Shown here piece by piece: positions 30,735 through 40,702 of a stretch of 64,000 nt of DNA; within the stretch, counting starts at the first letter, position 1; each line of letters begins with the position of its first letter. Under the pieces are notes generated by a model, which saw nothing but the letters and a program-made list of their open reading frames with translations, made no database searches and had not been told where the DNA came from. This DNA is from Candidatus Bathyarchaeota archaeon (GTDB taxonomy: Archaea; Thermoproteota; Bathyarchaeia; Bathyarchaeales; Bathycorpusculaceae). Both the position numbers and the translations under genes were made by a program. The stretch lies in contig CAVYXJ010000007.1 in NCBI GenBank assembly GCA_963772455.1, positions 160,001 through 224,000 of the forward strand. The letters are read 5' to 3'.

Positions 30735-30829
30735 GCTACAAAATTTAACGGGTTTTACTGTAAAAGGATTTGCAGTAGTTGCAATACTACCACAAACGAT
30801 TTTCTATTTAAATAAGGAAGAATAGCACC

Positions 30830-32351
30830 CTATTGTGTTTTGTTGTTGTAGTCGGTTGTCAGTACGTTCATGCCGCTCAGGACTGCTTCCATACTTGCTT
30901 TAACGATGTCTTCGCGGACCCCCGTTGCGGTGACTTTTCGGTCGCCTTTGCGCATATGCACGACGACTTCAACCATCGCATCTGTTCCGCCAGTAATTGC
31001 TTTAACATTGTATTGTTCTAGCGTGATGGGCTCGGTTTCTGCGATAGCGTCTTTAACCGCGTTTATCGTGGCGTCCACTGGTCCAACGCCCACCGCGGCG
31101 CCCCAAACGACCTTACCGTTTAGTTTCAAGCGAACTGAAGCAGTCGAAGTAACTTTGTCGCCGCCAACGTATGTCATTTCTTCAAGCTGTATAGGTTTAG
31201 CTTTATCCAAGCCCATGACAGCTTCAGCGATAGCCAGCACATCTGCATCCATAACAGTTTTGCCTTTGTCACCCAATTCTTTGATTCGTTTTAAGATTTC
31301 TTTGAACTGTGTTTCTGTGGGTTTTAGTCCCATGTTTGCTAAGTCTGCTCGTATGGCGTTGGATCCTGAGTGTTTTCCTGGGGCAATGCGCCTTGTGCAT
31401 CCTACAAGTTCAGGAGCAATGGGCTCATAAGTCAAAGGATTTGCAAGTACACCTTGAGTGTGTATGCCTGATTCGTGGGTAAATGCATTTTCTCCCACGA
31501 TTGCCTTGTTAGGTTGTGTGTAAACGCCCGTTAAACGTGAAACCAATTGCGATGTGCCGTAGAGGAGTTCAGTTTTGATGTTTAAGTCCAGTTTGTAGAG
31601 CGAGCGAAGTGTTATCACTATTTCTTCGAGCGCTGCGTTGCCTGCCCGTTCCCCTAAACCGTTTATTGTAGCGTGGCATTCGTCTGCGCCTGAGCTTAAA
31701 GCGGCAACTGTGTTGGCGACTGCCATTCCGAAGTCGTTGTGACAATGCACAGCGATGGGCACCTTGAGTTTTTTTTTCAGGTTGGAAAAGAACTCGGCGG
31801 TGCGTTCAGGAGTTAAAACTCCCACGGTATCGCATGGAGTCACCCTATCCACTCCAGCATCTGAAGCGGCTAAGAAAACCTTAGTTAAATAATCGAAGTC
31901 TGATCGGGTAGCGTCCTCAGCCAACAACTCAACCGTTAAGCCATGATCTTTTGCATACTGCACGCATTCCTCCGTGGCTTTAAGAACCTGCTCGCGGGTC
32001 TTTCGCAGTTTACATTCAATATGCAAATCAGATGTCGGAATGATCATGGATATTCCGGATGAACCGCTCTTTAAAACGGCGTCGATGTCGCCCTTTGTTC
32101 CTCTGGCCGCACTGTACACTTTAGCCCGCAAACCCTGCTTTGCGATGAGTTTGACGGATTCCATTTCGCCGTCAGAAACAGCCGCGAACCCAGCTTCGAT
32201 AACATCCACGCCCAATTCGTCTAGCCTCTGGGCTATGCGCAGTTTATTTTCAGGAACAAGAGATACTCCGGGTGTTTGTTCACCATCACGCAGGGTGGTG
32301 TCTAAAAATCTTACAGACTTAGGGAAGCGGTTGAATAAAGCAATACCCCAT
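30830..32351 (-). CDS. cimA: (R)-citramalate synthase (LeuA/CimA family); start restored by removing one G from GGGG near 32346
   Basis: [12 protein letters not shown] lies upstream of the track ORF; [12 protein letters not shown] and [10 protein letters not shown] resemble archaeal CimA more than LeuA; HCHNDFG; regulatory domain present. Confidence 0.75.
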
Positions 32352-32420
32352 TTAAATCACATTCATTTTCAAGGGGGCAAGCGCAAATATAAGAATTATG
32401 GTATTGGGATACATTGCTAA

Positions 32421-33083
32421 CTATTGCATCTGGTTAGTGGAAGCTTCTTTTTCAATGAAGCTAAAACTTCCATCCTTCGGATAGTACACAATGTTGAGAC
32501 AAATCTGTATTTCCCGACACTGCTTGTATTTACCTTTATACGCTTCAATTTCGTCATCAATTTCCTGTTCGAATTTGGTCCATTCCTCTGCAGACCTTTT
32601 GTCTTTCAGCTTTAATTCGGCTATTATTGCGTCCTTGGAATGTGTACCTATCATTTTGCGACGGAGTGTGCCACCAGCCATCTTACGGTAACTATAACCC
32701 TCATGGAGATAGGGGGCATCTGCAAAACCCATAGGTCTGAGAGCTTCTGCGACTGCACTTGGAAGTACCTCCCAGTCGGGATAAGGTAGAAATTCATATG
32801 GCTCGGGTTTGTCGTTTTTGTTTTTAGGTTTGGGGGTTCTCCAAATCCAAGGCTTATGGTTAGGAAGCCCAGAAGTGCCTGATTCTTCGCTTTCTGGTTC
32901 CGCAGAGGATTTTATCATTCCCTGCTGTGGCTCATAGACATCGCCCTTTCGAAGAAGAAAACGCAGAGCACCCTGATCCGGGACTTTAACAGATTCAAAC
33001 ATGCCTTCACCGCTTGCTTTCTGCTCTCTCTGAATCCAGCTCAGTGTTTCTTTTGCCCGTTCAGAGATTGATTTTTCTGACAT
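32421..33083 (-). CDS. Hypothetical protein, possible N-terminal winged helix
   Basis: 220-aa ORF with GGGTGG RBS; LLRKGDVYEPQQGMIK resembles the MCM C-terminal wH signature. Confidence 0.5.
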   Translation of the reverse strand: MSEKSISERAKETLSWIQREQKASGEGMFESVKVPDQGALRFLLRKGDVYEPQQGMIKSSAEPESEESGTSGLPNHKPWIWRTPKPKNKNDKPEPYEFLPYPDWEVLPSAVAEALRPMGFADAPYLHEGYSYRKMAGGTLRRKMIGTHSKDAIIAELKLKDKRSAEEWTKFEQEIDDEIEAYKGKYKQCREIQICLNIVYYPKDGSFSFIEKEASTNQMQ

Positions 33084-33432
33084 AATCTGCCACCCTGCTT
33101 ACCGTCTCAATCGAGGATTTATTATTGCCGCAATAATAATGCCTGCGATTGGCCTATTCCATTTTGCTGTGCATTCTTTCTGTCGCTGTTCATGAGCATT
33201 ACGCTTTTTTGGGTAGCTCACCAATGCATCAAGCATCTACCGTTGAAACAATAAAAGAGGTCGATACCTAAGGTGGGTAGACTTTATTTTCGTTTTCAGT
33301 GCTCATTAGCATATTGAACCCAGACTTAATACAAAAACACCGTTACCAAACAAGCTGCTTTTGGAGGCAGCCGCAAAAAATTTAACAGCAACACGTGCAA
33401 TAGTCTCCGAGTGTTCATTGAGGTATTTGATT

Positions 33433-35061
33433 ATGCGAAGCGACGAAATAAGAAAAGGGATTGAAAAAGCGCCTCATCGCGCTCTACTAAAATCACTCGG
33501 TTTACAGGACGATGACATTGCAAAGCCGCTAATCGGCGTAGCAAACAGCTATACAAACATCGTTCCAGGGCACATTCATCTTCGAACAATTGGAGAAGCA
33601 GTTAAAGAAGGCATCCTTTCGGCAGGCGGTACACCGTTTGAATTCAGCACAATAGCGGTTTGCGACGGCATCGCAATGGGACATGAAGGTATGCGGTATT
33701 CCCTGCCTTCACGGGAAATAGTTGCTGATTCCGTGGAGATTATGCTTCAAGCCCACAGCTTAGATGGGTTGGTTATGATTTCGAATTGTGACAAGATCAC
33801 TCCTGGCATGCTTATGGCAGCTGCACGAGTGGATATCCCAGCTATAATGGTTACAGGCGGACCTATGGCGGCAGGACGACACCATGGCAAAAAAATAAGC
33901 TATTCTTCAATGCCGGAAGCGCTCGGGCAAGTTGCTGCAGGGAAAATGACTGAAGGCGAACTGTGTGAACTGGAAGAAAACGCTTGCCCAGGATGCGGCT
34001 CTTGTAGCGGAATGTTCACCGCCAATACTATGGCATGCATGACTGAAGCTTTGGGCATGTCACTGCCTTACTGCGCAACATCGCTTGCGAACAGCGCATT
34101 TAAACTTCGATTAGCAAGAGCCACTGGCAAACAAATCATCAAACTAATCAAAGATGGCCTAAAACCTTCACAAATTCTCACTAAGGAAGCCTTCGAAAAC
34201 GCCATTGCACTCGACATGGCTCTTGGCGGCTCAACCAACACCACACTTCATCTGCCAGCAATCGCCAAAGAAGCAGGCCTAACCTTACCCCTGTCAACTT
34301 TCGATGTAATCGGCAGAAAAGTTCCCCACTTATGCAGTATGATTCCAAGCGGGTCTTATGCACTTGAGGATCTGGATGCAGCTGGAGGAGTTCCTGCTGT
34401 CATGAATGAACTCAAAAGCCTGCTCCACCTAACGCTGCCCACAGTTTCGGGTAAAACGGTTGGCGAGAACATCAAAGATGCAGTGGTCTTAGATAGAGAA
34501 GTCATTCACAGTTTAACAAACCCTGTCCACAAAGAAGGCGGCATCGCCATCTTAACAGGTAACCTTGCGCCGAAAGGCTCAGTCATTAAAACCGCAGGCG
34601 TCTCACCAAAAATGCAAAAGCACACTGGTCCAGCAAAAGTCTACGACTCAGAAAAAGAAGCACTTACAGCCATTCGCGGCAACGAAATCAAGCCTGGCGA
34701 CGTGGTCGTCATACGATATGAAGGACCAAGAGGCGGACCCGGAATGCCTGAAATGCTATTCCCAACCGCAACTATTGCGGGCATGGGTCTTAGTGAAAGT
34801 GTTGCCTTAATCACCGATGGTCGCTTCTCAGGCGCTACACACGGAGGAAGTATTGGACATGTTGCTCCAGAAGCATTCGAAGGCGGACCCATCGCAGCAC
34901 TGAAAAACGGTGATATAATAACAATCGACATCCCCAACCGCACCTTAAAAGTAGAATTATCCGACAAAGAACTCAAAACACGTTTAGCTGCTTGGAAACC
35001 AAGAGAACCCAAAATAAAAAAGGGCATACTATCACGCTATAAGCCAACGCCAACAGAATAA
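33433..35061 (+). CDS. ilvD: Dihydroxy-acid dehydratase
   Basis: [46 protein letters not shown]. Confidence 0.97.
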   Translation: MRSDEIRKGIEKAPHRALLKSLGLQDDDIAKPLIGVANSYTNIVPGHIHLRTIGEAVKEGILSAGGTPFEFSTIAVCDGIAMGHEGMRYSLPSREIVADSVEIMLQAHSLDGLVMISNCDKITPGMLMAAARVDIPAIMVTGGPMAAGRHHGKKISYSSMPEALGQVAAGKMTEGELCELEENACPGCGSCSGMFTANTMACMTEALGMSLPYCATSLANSAFKLRLARATGKQIIKLIKDGLKPSQILTKEAFENAIALDMALGGSTNTTLHLPAIAKEAGLTLPLSTFDVIGRKVPHLCSMIPSGSYALEDLDAAGGVPAVMNELKSLLHLTLPTVSGKTVGENIKDAVVLDREVIHSLTNPVHKEGGIAILTGNLAPKGSVIKTAGVSPKMQKHTGPAKVYDSEKEALTAIRGNEIKPGDVVVIRYEGPRGGPGMPEMLFPTATIAGMGLSESVALITDGRFSGATHGGSIGHVAPEAFEGGPIAALKNGDIITIDIPNRTLKVELSDKELKTRLAAWKPREPKIKKGILSRYKPTPTE

Positions 35062-35218
35062 AAATATAACCGTAAAGAGGAAAGAAGGAGGTTAGATACT
35101 TTGATACTGGTTCCTACCATTAACGTCCACTCCTCATACCCATGCCAGCTTGACTTTGTTTAATATGATTTCTTCTTTTGGGTAAATATTTTGTTTTTCA
35201 ACACTTGGTAAATCATTA

Positions 35219-35256
35219 GAAGTAGTCGTCTTTGGAATTTGCAGGACGACTACTTC
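35219..35256. promoter_or_regulatory. 12-bp perfect inverted repeat in the ilvD-ilvB spacer
   Basis: GAAGTAGTCGTC (35219-35230) and GACGACTACTTC (35245-35256); function unknown. Confidence 0.6.
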
Positions 35257-35578
35257 AAGTTAAGACAACTAATTGGCTCCAAACACCAAATAATTTTAAG
35301 AACATTAACCGGTATAATCTCCAAATTGTTTTACTCTCAACTGTAAATGGATTAACTATACACCGTAAACTTTTTATTTGCACTGTTGATTCTTTTTAAA
35401 GAACGGAGTTAAAAGAGGCAAGAATATGAGGGATCGTCACCTCCATAGCCGGGATCGTCGGGTACAACTTTTCTAATTCACCCAGGTTAACCTCTCAACA
35501 AACTACCGAAAAAATCTCGCAAGCAACTTTTCGAGACGACAGTATATTTAATTCAACATACAGGAGACAGAATTGAAA

Positions 35579-37287
35579 ATGGCAAAAATGACTGGTGCAC
35601 GAGCACTCTTAGAATCCCTTGAACATCAAAAAGTTGAAGTTATATTCGGCATCTTAGGCGGCGCCATCCTCCCGGTATACGATGAGTTATGCAGTAACAA
35701 GAAAATCCGCCACATACTCGCAAGACATGAGCAGTGTGCAGCCCACGAAGCCGAAGGCTATGCACGAGCAAGCGGAAGAGCAGGCGTTTGCATGGCAACC
35801 AGCGGTCCAGGAGCAACTAACTTAGTTACTGGAATTGCTAACGCCTACATGGACTCCTCACCAATGATTGCGTTAACTGGTCAAATTCCAGCTTCAGGGG
35901 TTAACACCAGTTACATGATTGGCAAAGATGCCTTTCAAGAAGCAGACATCATCGGCATCACCACCGCGATCACAAAATACAGTTATCAACCTCGAACAGT
36001 CGCCGAAATTCCATTAACGGTTAACAACGCCTTCTACATAGCAACAACCGGAAGACCTGGACCAGTTTTGATTGATTTACCCAAGAACGTTCAAGCAGGA
36101 ATCGAGGATGTCGAATTCACAAATAAAATTGATATACGCGGCTACAAACTACCATCCGAACCAAACCCAACAAAAATCAGCGAAGCCGCAGATCTCTTAG
36201 CCCAAGCAGAATGTCCAATCATTCTGGCAGGAGGCGGAGTCATTACTTCTGGTGCATCAGATGAATTGGTCCAAATGTCAGACTTACTGATGGCCCCAGT
36301 CGCTACAACGTTCATGGGAAAAGGAGCATTCCCAGAAAACAATCCACTATCACTTGGAAGCATCGGCATGCATGGCAACCCCGCTGCAAACAAGCTTATG
36401 GGTGAAGCAGACGTCTTGCTGGCAGTCGGTACAAGATTCTCTGACCGAGCAACTGCAAACTTGGATAGCTTTGCACCGAACGCTAAAAAAATCCATATAG
36501 ACATCGACAACGCAGAAATTAACAAGAACATCGAAATTGACATTCCAATTGTAGCAGATGCAAAAGCCTCAATGAAAATGCTCAACATCTGCCGTAACTC
36601 AAAAGCTTCAGAAGGGAGAAGGCAAAGCATGGACAAAACGAGTGAAAGAAGCCAAAGAACAACTAAGCCCACTTGCTCAAAGAAATGCCAAAAGACTTAG
36701 TGCCTAAATCACTATTAATAGAACTAAGAAAACTGTTGAAGGAAAACGACATAGTCACAACAGAAGTTGGACAAAACCAAATGTGGTCAGCCCTATACTT
36801 CAAAGCATTAAAACCACGTACATTCATCAGCTCAGGCGGCCTTGGAACCATGGGCTTTGGTTTCCCAGCAGCAATAGGAGCAAAAGTCGCATGCCCAGAC
36901 CGAGCAGTCGTGGACATAGCGGGTGATGGCAGCTTCATAATGTCCGAACAAGAACTAGCATGCTCAGTAAACGAGAACATCCCAGTTACCGTCATAGTGC
37001 TAAACAACTCAATCCTTGGTATGGTTGCGCAATGGCAAAGGATGCTCTACAAACGACGTTACATGGCAGTTCACTTAGGCAAAACACCCGACTTCGTTAA
37101 GCTGGCAGAAGCTTACGGAGCACAGGGATTGCGAGCGACCTCTATCGAGGAGTTCCACAAAGCAGTTAAGACAGCACTAACTAGTAAAGTAACAACGGTA
37201 ATCGATGTGCCTATTGGTTCAGAGACCGATGTCGTTCCCTTTGTACCTCCAGGCTGCGGTTTACCGCAACAGATAGGTGACTACTAA
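35579..37287 (+). CDS. ilvB: Acetolactate synthase large subunit (two +1 frameshifts near 36584 and 36672)
   Basis: RHEQ, TSGPGATN, DAFQE, GMHG, SGGLGTMGFG, GDGSF..NN TPP motif. Confidence 0.93.
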
Positions 37288-37799
37288 TGGAAAATGGAAA
37301 AACCAAAGTAATCAGCGTCTTAGTCGAAAACAAACCTGGTGTCCTCCACACAATCGCAAACCTATTCCGCCGAAGAAACTTTAACATCGAAAGCATCACC
37401 GTCGGTCCAACCCAACAGCAAGACATATCCCGCATGACCATAACCATCAACGGAGACGAAAAAACAATCGACCAAGTCGTCAAACAAGTCGCAAAACAAA
37501 TCGACGTCCTCAAAGTAAGCGAACTCGAACAAGGAAACTTTGTCATGCGAGAACTAGCCTTGATAAAAGTAAACGTTCCAAGCGCTAAAGAACGCTCAGA
37601 CATAATCAACTGCGTAGACGTATTTCGATGCAGAATAATCGATGTTTCAACCGACAGCTTAACTGTTGAAATCACAGGAACCCCCGAAAAAATCGACGCC
37701 TTCCTAAACCTCATGAACAGCTATGGAGTCATAGAAATCGCAAGAACAGGTATAACAGCCCTAGCACGAGGCGCAAAATCAATAAGAATCGACGAATAA
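37287..37799 (+). CDS. ilvN: Acetolactate synthase small subunit
   Basis: ENKPGVL, FRRRNFNIESITVG, EIARTG. Confidence 0.95.
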   Translation: MENGKTKVISVLVENKPGVLHTIANLFRRRNFNIESITVGPTQQQDISRMTITINGDEKTIDQVVKQVAKQIDVLKVSELEQGNFVMRELALIKVNVPSAKERSDIINCVDVFRCRIIDVSTDSLTVEITGTPEKIDAFLNLMNSYGVIEIARTGITALARGAKSIRIDE

Positions 37800-37898
37800 A
37801 CAGCATTGACTAAGTGGAAATACTTAATTGTCTGTTCTTTAAAATTTTTCCAATTATCTTAAGAGTATTTAGGTTAATTCAAGGATAAGCGAAAAACA

Positions 37899-39167
37899 AT
37901 GAATATTACAGAAAAAATCTTAGCAAAAGCCGCAGGAAAAAAAGCTGTGCATCCAGGAGAAATCGTTGACGCAAACGTCGACATGGTAATGGTGCACGAC
38001 TTAACTGGACCCTTAGCGGTTGAAGCATTCAAAAAAATAGGTGTTCCAAAAGTTTGGAATAACAAAAAAGTAGTGGTAATTCTGGACCATCAAGTTCCAG
38101 CAGAATCAGTTAAAGCAGCAGAACTGCACAAAACCATGAGGCAATTTGCCAAAGACCAAAACTTACAAATCTACGATGTAGGCAAAGGCGGAATATGCCA
38201 CCAAGTTATGCCTGATAAAGGACACGTAGTTCCAGGAACCATCATTGTAGGCGCTGACTCACACACATGCACTTACGGAGCTTTTGGAGCTTTTGCAACA
38301 GGCATCGGTTCAACAGAAGCAGCCGCAGTTATGGCTACAGGAAAAATCTGGCTAAAAGTCCCCGAAGCAATAAAAGTAAACGTTAAAGGCAAATTCAAAC
38401 CAAACGTAACACCCAAAGACCTGGTTTTAGCGATAACAGGCAAGCTGGGCGTAGACGGCGCAATTTACAAGAGTTTAGAATTTACTGGCCCAACCATCCA
38501 AAACATGACCGCATCAGGCCGTATGACCTTATGCAACATGGCAGTTGAGATGGGCGCAAAAAACGGCATAGTTGAACCCGACCAAACCACCCGCAAATAC
38601 TTAGAAGACAAAATCAAAAAAATGCCCGACTTAGACACCCTGAAAAGTGATGATGACGCAAAATACAGTCAAACTGTCGAATTCGACGTTTCCACCATGG
38701 AACCCCAAGTAGCTTGCCCCTCATCCGTGGATAACGTAAAACCAGTCAGCAAAGTCGGCAATGTAAAAATTGACCAAGCCTTTATCGGCTCTTGCACAAA
38801 CGGCAGACTAGAAGATCTGCAGTTAGCTGCAAAAATAATGAAGGGCAAAAAAGTCGCAGACGGCGTCCGTGCATTAGTCATTCCCGCATCTCAGGAAATC
38901 TATCAGCAAGCCGACAAAGAAGGATTACTGCAGATTTTCACCGAGGCAGGTGCAATCGTTTGCGGTTCCGCTTGTGGACCATGCTTAGGCGGACACATCG
39001 GGTTGTTAGCAGCAGGCGAAACATGCGTAAGCACTTCTAACCGCAACTTTATCGGAAGAATGGGCAGCACCCAAGCCAACGTCTACTTAGCTTCACCTGC
39101 AACAGTAGCAGCTTCAGCAATAACAGGAAAAATCACAGACCCCACAACACTGGAGACAAAAGCATGA
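37899..39167 (+). CDS. leuC: 3-isopropylmalate dehydratase large subunit (type 2)
   Basis: DH, GICHQ, DSHTCTYG, GSCTNGR, CGPCLG, SNRNF. Confidence 0.93.
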   Translation: MNITEKILAKAAGKKAVHPGEIVDANVDMVMVHDLTGPLAVEAFKKIGVPKVWNNKKVVVILDHQVPAESVKAAELHKTMRQFAKDQNLQIYDVGKGGICHQVMPDKGHVVPGTIIVGADSHTCTYGAFGAFATGIGSTEAAAVMATGKIWLKVPEAIKVNVKGKFKPNVTPKDLVLAITGKLGVDGAIYKSLEFTGPTIQNMTASGRMTLCNMAVEMGAKNGIVEPDQTTRKYLEDKIKKMPDLDTLKSDDDAKYSQTVEFDVSTMEPQVACPSSVDNVKPVSKVGNVKIDQAFIGSCTNGRLEDLQLAAKIMKGKKVADGVRALVIPASQEIYQQADKEGLLQIFTEAGAIVCGSACGPCLGGHIGLLAAGETCVSTSNRNFIGRMGSTQANVYLASPATVAASAITGKITDPTTLETKA

Positions 39168-39664
39168 ACAGCAAAATAAAAGCCCCAGCCATAACGTTCG
39201 GCAACAACATTGACACAGACGTTATTCTGCCAGGAAAATACCTAATCTTAGTTGATCCCTGCGAGTTAGCAAAGCATGCGTTAGAAAGCTTAGACACCAC
39301 ATTCCCAGACAAAGCCAAAAAAGGAATAATCATCATTGGCGGCAAAAACTTTGGTTGCGGCTCAAGCAGAGAACAAGCACCATTAGCCCTAAAGTACTCA
39401 GGTGTAAAATGCGTTATCGCCGAATCTTTTGCCAGAATCTTCTTCAGAAACTCCATAAACATAGGCTTACCAGTCCTCGAATGCAAAGGCATCTCAGACG
39501 CTGTCAAAACAGGCGACACCTTAGCTGTGGATTTTGAAGCGGGCAAGATAGAAAACACTTCCAACGGCAAAAAGTTTCAAGTAGACAAGCTTCCACCATT
39601 CATCTTAGAAATTTTAGCAGATGGCGGATTAATCGAAAACCTACGAAGGAAAATGAAAAAATGA
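39164..39664 (+). CDS. leuD: 3-isopropylmalate dehydratase small subunit
   Basis: IDTDVI, NFGCGSSREQA, SFARIFFRN. Confidence 0.93.
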   Translation: MNSKIKAPAITFGNNIDTDVILPGKYLILVDPCELAKHALESLDTTFPDKAKKGIIIIGGKNFGCGSSREQAPLALKYSGVKCVIAESFARIFFRNSINIGLPVLECKGISDAVKTGDTLAVDFEAGKIENTSNGKKFQVDKLPPFILEILADGGLIENLRRKMKK

Positions 39665-40698
39665 CAGAATACAAAATATCCCTCATTCCAGGAGATGGCA
39701 TCGGACCAGAATTAACCGAAGCCACCCTAAAAGTCCTAGACGCAGTTCAGAAAAAATTCGGAGTAAAACTTCAGATTATCGAAGCTGAAGCAGGCGACGT
39801 CGCACTTGAGAGAGTAGGCGCCGCATTGCCAGCAGACACAGTGGAGAAAATTAAGAATTCCCACGCTTGCCTAAAAGGTCCAGTAGGCGAATCTGCAGCC
39901 GACGTCATAGTGAAGCTCAGAGTCATGTTCGATTTATACGCTAATTTGCGTCCACTGAAAGCTTACCCAAACGTTCCAGTTGCCCGCCCAGACATCGACA
40001 TGATGTTTGTCCGCGAGAACACTGAGGACGTTTACAAAGGCTTAGAATTCACCATAGGCAACGACACCACCCTTTGCCTAAGAGTTATAACACGCAAAGC
40101 CTGCGAACGCATCGCCAAAAAAGCCTTCGACATCGCACGCCTACGCAACGGCAAAAAGAAAGTTACCGCTATCCACAAAGCAAACGTCATGCGCATAACC
40201 GACGGCTTATTCGCCAGCGTCTGCCGCGAAACCGCAAAACAGTACCCCGACATCGCATTCAACGAACTCTACGTTGATGCAGCATCCATGCGCTTAATCA
40301 AGGAACCAGAAATATTCGATGTCTTCTGCACATGTAACATGTTCGGCGACATCCTATCTGACGAAGCAGCACAGCAAATCGGCGGTTTAGGAATGGCTCC
40401 AGGCGCAAACATAGGCGACACCTTTGCTCTCTTCGAACCAATCCACGGCTCAGCACCAAACCGAAAAGGAAAACACACCGCCAACCCAATCTCCATGATA
40501 CTTTCTGCAAAAATGATGCTTGAGTGGCTGGGAGAAAAATACAACGACAAAAAATGTTTACAAGCAGGCGCAGCCATAGAGAACGGAGTAGTGTACGCGT
40601 TAACTAACCGTCAATCTGTTCCCGACTGCGGCGGCACCACAACGACGGTGGGCATGGCTGAAGCCATCGCTGCAGCCTTAACCGTGAAAACTGGTTGA
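39661..40698 (+). CDS. leuB: 3-isopropylmalate dehydrogenase
   Basis: GDGIGPE, RENTE, HKAN, NMFGDILSD, EPIHGSAP; operon context. Confidence 0.88.
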   Translation: MTEYKISLIPGDGIGPELTEATLKVLDAVQKKFGVKLQIIEAEAGDVALERVGAALPADTVEKIKNSHACLKGPVGESAADVIVKLRVMFDLYANLRPLKAYPNVPVARPDIDMMFVRENTEDVYKGLEFTIGNDTTLCLRVITRKACERIAKKAFDIARLRNGKKKVTAIHKANVMRITDGLFASVCRETAKQYPDIAFNELYVDAASMRLIKEPEIFDVFCTCNMFGDILSDEAAQQIGGLGMAPGANIGDTFALFEPIHGSAPNRKGKHTANPISMILSAKMMLEWLGEKYNDKKCLQAGAAIENGVVYALTNRQSVPDCGGTTTTVGMAEAIAAALTVKTG

Positions 40699-40702
40699 AA
40701 GT

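Noticed and set aside
33098-33236. Minus-strand ORF ending PIAGIIIAAIINP as an Ile leader
   Set aside because: The Ile codons are explained by the ATT/AAT palindrome at 33119-33139, and it precedes the orphan gene rather than cimA
33299-33385. ilvD leader uORF ([11 protein letters not shown]...) with a GCTGCTT/AGGCAGC hairpin
   Set aside because: Start is too close to the likely TATA and the I/L enrichment is modest
37814-37888. I/L/F-rich ORF in the ilvN-leuC spacer
   Set aside because: AT-rich DNA encodes I/L/F/K by default; no RBS, codon run or hairpin
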